A stretch of 25,288 bases of DNA. It comes from Psammoneis japonica (lineage: Eukaryota). The position numbers and the translations under genes are program-made. Each line of letters starts with the position of its first letter. Within the stretch, counting starts at the first letter, position 1. The notes under the pieces are model-generated. The model was not told where the DNA came from and did not search any database. It was given only the letters and a program-made list of their open reading frames with translations. Of this stretch, positions 21,944 through 25,288 are shown piece after piece. Location: contig QPGO01000256.1 of NCBI GenBank assembly GCA_008632985.1, positions 62,001-87,288 on the forward strand. The letters run 5' to 3'.

Positions 21944-22222
21944 TGACAGGATTTGAATGGGATTTGGGTGCACGCGAAATGTCGCACGCTGTTTAGTTTG
22001 CCGCACACAGTTTTGTGTGCTCTTTAGTTCCGCGCGTGCGCGCACGATGTAGTTTGCTTTTGAGCCACAAGGCTCACAAGAACAATGACAGCAGCCCAAT
22101 TGTGCCGACTTGCATGTCTTTTGGCTCCTGCAACAGTCTCTGAGCAGAGACTCATCTGCCATTTAGACAGCAGCAAGGAGTCATTGTTTGAATTCTTGCC
22201 ATTTGCCATTCAATTTCTGTCG
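21944..22222 (+). mobile_element. Solo LTR (279 bp) of the same copia family, inserted in opposite orientation into the pol region
   Basis: Colinear, gap-free match to the reverse complement of 20563-20841. TSD CTGAT at 21939-21943 and 22223-22227. Removal restores GWRRFCKMTLH-QKKLFRMANQAKLRS. The terminal CA reads CG. Confidence 0.93.
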
Positions 22223-23680
22223 CTGATGAAGGGTCATCTTGCAAAAGCGTCTCCATCCTTTGGTTTCTAGAAGGCCGTGCTCACGCACGCAGACAGCACA
22301 GGTGATGGGGTTGTCCTTGGCAATGACGGCAAGGGGTTCGGACGTGATCTCCCCATTCTCCCATTCAAGCATGACGTTGCAGCTTGAGCCTTTCCAAGAG
22401 GGATCATGGGGTTGCAATGGTCCCTCGTGCAACACGATGCATCGGAACTTCCAGAGGGCAGTGTCCTCGTCTTCTTGCTCAATGTGGTGCATGATGTCAT
22501 TGCAGGCCAGGACTTCCTCACATTCGTCATTGTTGATGGAGCAAATGAACTTGACCAGTTCAGGATTGTCTCCGATTTTCCAGTCATGGTCCTCAACGGC
22601 TTTGACGATGCGGGCTCTGTGGCGTTGTCCATCCTCTTGTGGCTTCATGAGGAAGGTGCGTTCTGTGATGTCCTTGGGGTCAAAGACCGGCATTTTGGGC
22701 ATCCTGATTGCCTCCCCATCTGGTGAATCTGGCAAATCCTGGGAGTCGTGGCGGGATTTAATGACAGGTTCAGCAGATTTCTTGTCAGGAGGATCAAGAT
22801 GCAGGTTTGGAGCAGAGATGGATCACGGGCGGGGCGCACGTTGGAACGGCAGGGAATCTTCTGAGTGTCGTCAGAAAGAATCTTGACCATCATTTGGTGG
22901 CCAATGTGCTTGGCAATGCCAACGTCAGTGTCATTGGGCTTCGCGTTGGAGCGGGCAGAAGGTGCAAATCCGGGAGGTTTCTCACCTGAACGGGCAGAAG
23001 GAGGCCGTTCAGGTGCCAGGAAACGTTGCAAGTCACCGGGTGGCAGGGGCTTGCGCCTGGTGAGATGAGCCAGAATGGGGTTGGCATCGGCTGCATCGCC
23101 ACCTACGAGCACAAATGAAAGTAGAATCAAGCATGAAAAGTGAAAATTGTGAGATTGAATTTTGCTCTGTGATTTTTGGTTTCTCCGAATGAGCTCTCAA
23201 TGGCCTAAAGCTTCTGCACTGCTTCTACAGACAAAAGGCCTTTCGGAGAATATATTCGTGACAACAGATTGTCCGGATGCGATTGCTGTTGACACGTAAG
23301 ATGTCAACATCGTCAATCGATCGTATTTGCAATTTTCGACATCCGATCAACTCTGTGTGGCATCGTTCTGTCCTTTGTACGCATCCACGACTGTGGTACG
23401 ATTGACATATATAATATATAATTCCAAATATGTATATAACAGTCGCATGCTGCATTCGCCTCCCTAATTGCGCATTAGAGTTATTCGTTAAGTGGAATAA
23501 TTTGACTGACATTGACACTGTCAATAATGTCTCCACGTTAACTGTATTGTGCCATTAGCAATGACTGTTGTTGTTTTATATTATAGGCCAGCATAGGGCC
23601 GGCCGTTTCACTTTCCAAATGTCTTTCGAGAGTGTCATGGTTTGTCTCACGCTCTATGTGTATATGTAACGGTGCATGTG

Positions 23681-23694
23681 TATATATATATATA
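23681..23694. repeat. (TA)7 microsatellite within a TA-rich island
   Basis: tatatatatatata. Confidence 0.7.
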
Positions 23695-24341
23695 AATATA
23701 CTGTAGTATTGCGTCGAGTGGACAGAAGGAGCAATTGTCCTGCTGTTCTTTCATGGTATCGATTGTACATAGCATTCTGCCCAGCACTCGATGTACAGTG
23801 CGCTCCTAATTGGCGTTCACTTACTTTACTTACTTGTGGATTTCGCCATATTGCTCTATTGCACTACCACGTTTCATAAGTAGTAATTAACGATGGTCAA
23901 GGATATGACCATTTCGTCTTGACATTCAATCCTGTGATGGTTGTGAATTCCATCATGGATTTTTTGTACTTTAACCATCTGTCAGTTGGATTTTAATCGT
24001 CATTTGGACGTTTCTTTTTGACATGCCGGTGTCATTTTGTCTTTCCGAAGGCACTGCTTTCGTGCACTAAGTGGATAATGTCCATTTTTCTTTTCTTTTT
24101 CTGAATCTTTGGCACCCCTGTGGCAGGGGAGCTGTGTGTGTGTGCGTGGTTGTGCGCGCACGGCTTCGCCGTGCGTTGAGTTTTAATGTCAACATCCGCA
24201 CGAATGTGTGTGTTCCACAAGTAAAAATTCCCATTCCACAGCTCCCCTGAAACTCCAACCACCAAAAACCGAGGGGTCGGAAGCGCACTTTCGGGAGCTC
24301 TTTTTCTCCGCACAAAAAACACGCGTTTCATCGACTCGACC

Positions 24342-25168
24342 ATGATGATGCCTCGTAGTTCTTCCCCATCGCCTTCCCAGGACGCCGATCCTGCTGACAC
24401 CGTTGCTGACAACACTGACACAACAGGTGATGTCATCATTCCGGTTCTCGTGGGTGTGACACGCACAAAATAAGATGCTACAAACTCACACTGTTGTTTG
24501 CACGCTCCACCGCCTCCCACAGATGCTGTCACGAATTCCAACACCGCACCTGCGTTTCGGGCCCCTGGCATGCCCGATGCTGTCACTCCTGCCCTTGCTG
24601 CCGCAGGTGCTGTTGATGCTGTCATTGCATTTTGCCAATGACGTCCACAATGAAATGCTGACAACTCACACTTCTTTCATTCTCGCCCCACCGCCTCCCA
24701 CAGATGCCATCACGAATTCCAACGCCGCACCTGCGTTTCGGCCCCCCAGCATGCCCGACACTGTCGCTCCTGCCCTTGCTGCCGCAGGTGCTGTTGATGC
24801 TGTCATTGTCTTTTGCCAATGACGTCCACAACGAAATGCTTGTAACTCACACTTCTTTCATTCACGCCCCACCGCCTCCCACAGATGCCATCACGAATTC
24901 CAACGCCGCACCTGCGTTTCGGCCCCCCAGCATGCCCGACACTGTCAACCCCACCCTTGCTGCCGCAGGTGCTGTTGACACTGTCATTGTTTTTGCTTTG
25001 GAAGGAGCACAATGGATGACGGATGACGGCGGACCAGGAAACCCACGCAACCACGGCCTGCTGATGGACGACACATCAATGGACATGAATGGTGCCTCTT
25101 GGTCAGCTCTCGAGTGCAGTCCAATCTTCAGAATGTGCAGGCACATTGTGCAGCTCTCTGTAAATTAG
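24342..25168 (+). pseudogene. Candidate spliced gene or pseudogene built from duplicated 84-nt exons; exons 24342-24426, 24523-24606, 24704-24787, 24885-(24968 or 25168)
   Basis: Three 96-97 nt GT...CTCAC...pyrimidine-rich...CAG segments, all phase 1. Splicing gives MMMPRSSSPSPSQDADPADTVADNTDTT then three copies of DA(V/I)TNSN(T/A)APAFR(A/P)P(G/S)MPD(A/T)VxP(A/T)LAAA. Lies in TpA-depleted DNA, so probably repeat-borne or dead. Confidence 0.5.
24470..24996 (+). repeat. Tandem repeat, 181-bp period, about 2.9 copies
   Basis: CCGCCTCCCACAG ends at 24522, 24703 and 24884. GCCGCAG|GT junctions at 24606, 24787 and 24968. Confidence 0.92.
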
Positions 25169-25288
25169 AAACCTGACAACAAGCAGGCATGCTTTCACAG
25201 TTTTTTAGTTTCAAGTTGGAGAGGTCAGCGAATTGGCATTTGTTTGCAGGCGACTTGGCAAGGTTTCAAATGGTGCATGTGACTTGGC

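Larger units (their letters stand above)
20563..23100 (-). mobile_element. Internally deleted, 5'-truncated Ty1/copia (CoDi-like) LTR retrotransposon remnant
   Basis: Minus-strand order: gag-like end (LAHLTRRKPLPPGDLQRFL); integrase C-terminal region (VGIAKHIGH...KILSDDTQKI.CRSNVRPA); WKFR.I..HEGPL...GSSCNVMLEWENGEITSEPL; QKKLFRMANQAKLRS; RT start (KKIRVHLICDVKHDGR|HKARLVADGHLT...SLRGL); RNase H end (PHSKLHK*H..LSFHHVREAIASG...NPADILSKHW); PPT; 3' LTR. Confidence 0.92.

Noticed and set aside
20563..22222. The two 279-bp inverted copies as TIRs of one DNA transposon
   Set aside because: One copy follows a PPT and RNase H, and the other has its own 5-bp TSD; both are LTRs.
19529..23130. Many 60-215 aa ORFs in the repeat block as real genes
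   Set aside because: They are copia fragments, antisense shadows, or by-products of TAA/TAG loss.
23511..23525. Hairpin ATTGACA-C-TGTCAAT
   Set aside because: A 7-bp stem is expected by chance in 25 kb and has no supporting context.
24470..24996. CRISPR-like array
   Set aside because: Whole 181-bp units repeat with no unique spacers, no cas genes, and the context is eukaryotic.

Overview
Eukaryotic genomic DNA, most likely from a diatom. This is inferred from short GT-AG introns with CTCAC branch sites, CoDi-type Ty1/copia remnants and the gene content. Five host genes are present: a partial hypothetical protein, a ShKT-domain prolyl 4-hydroxylase, a membrane-anchored FG-GAP beta-propeller protein, the meiotic helicase MER3/HFM1 and VPS15. 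They are interleaved with decayed repeat blocks at about 5.4-8.2 kb, 18.95-23.1 kb and 24.0-25.3 kb. These blocks hold a DIRS/Ngaro-like RT remnant, a piggyBac-like non-autonomous element, a deleted copia carrying a nested solo LTR and a nested MITE, and a 181-bp exon+intron tandem repeat. The main observation is that the repeat blocks, unlike the genes, have lost almost every TpA dinucleotide through TA->TG/CA transitions. Conserved Tyr codons read Cys or His, duplicate copies differ by CA<->TG pairs, a younger nested insertion is spared, and the effect fades next to host promoters. This looks like a repeat-targeted A:T->G:C hypermutation process, opposite in direction to fungal RIP and separable from CpG decay. 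All counts are by hand, and family assignments come from recalled motifs, not database searches.
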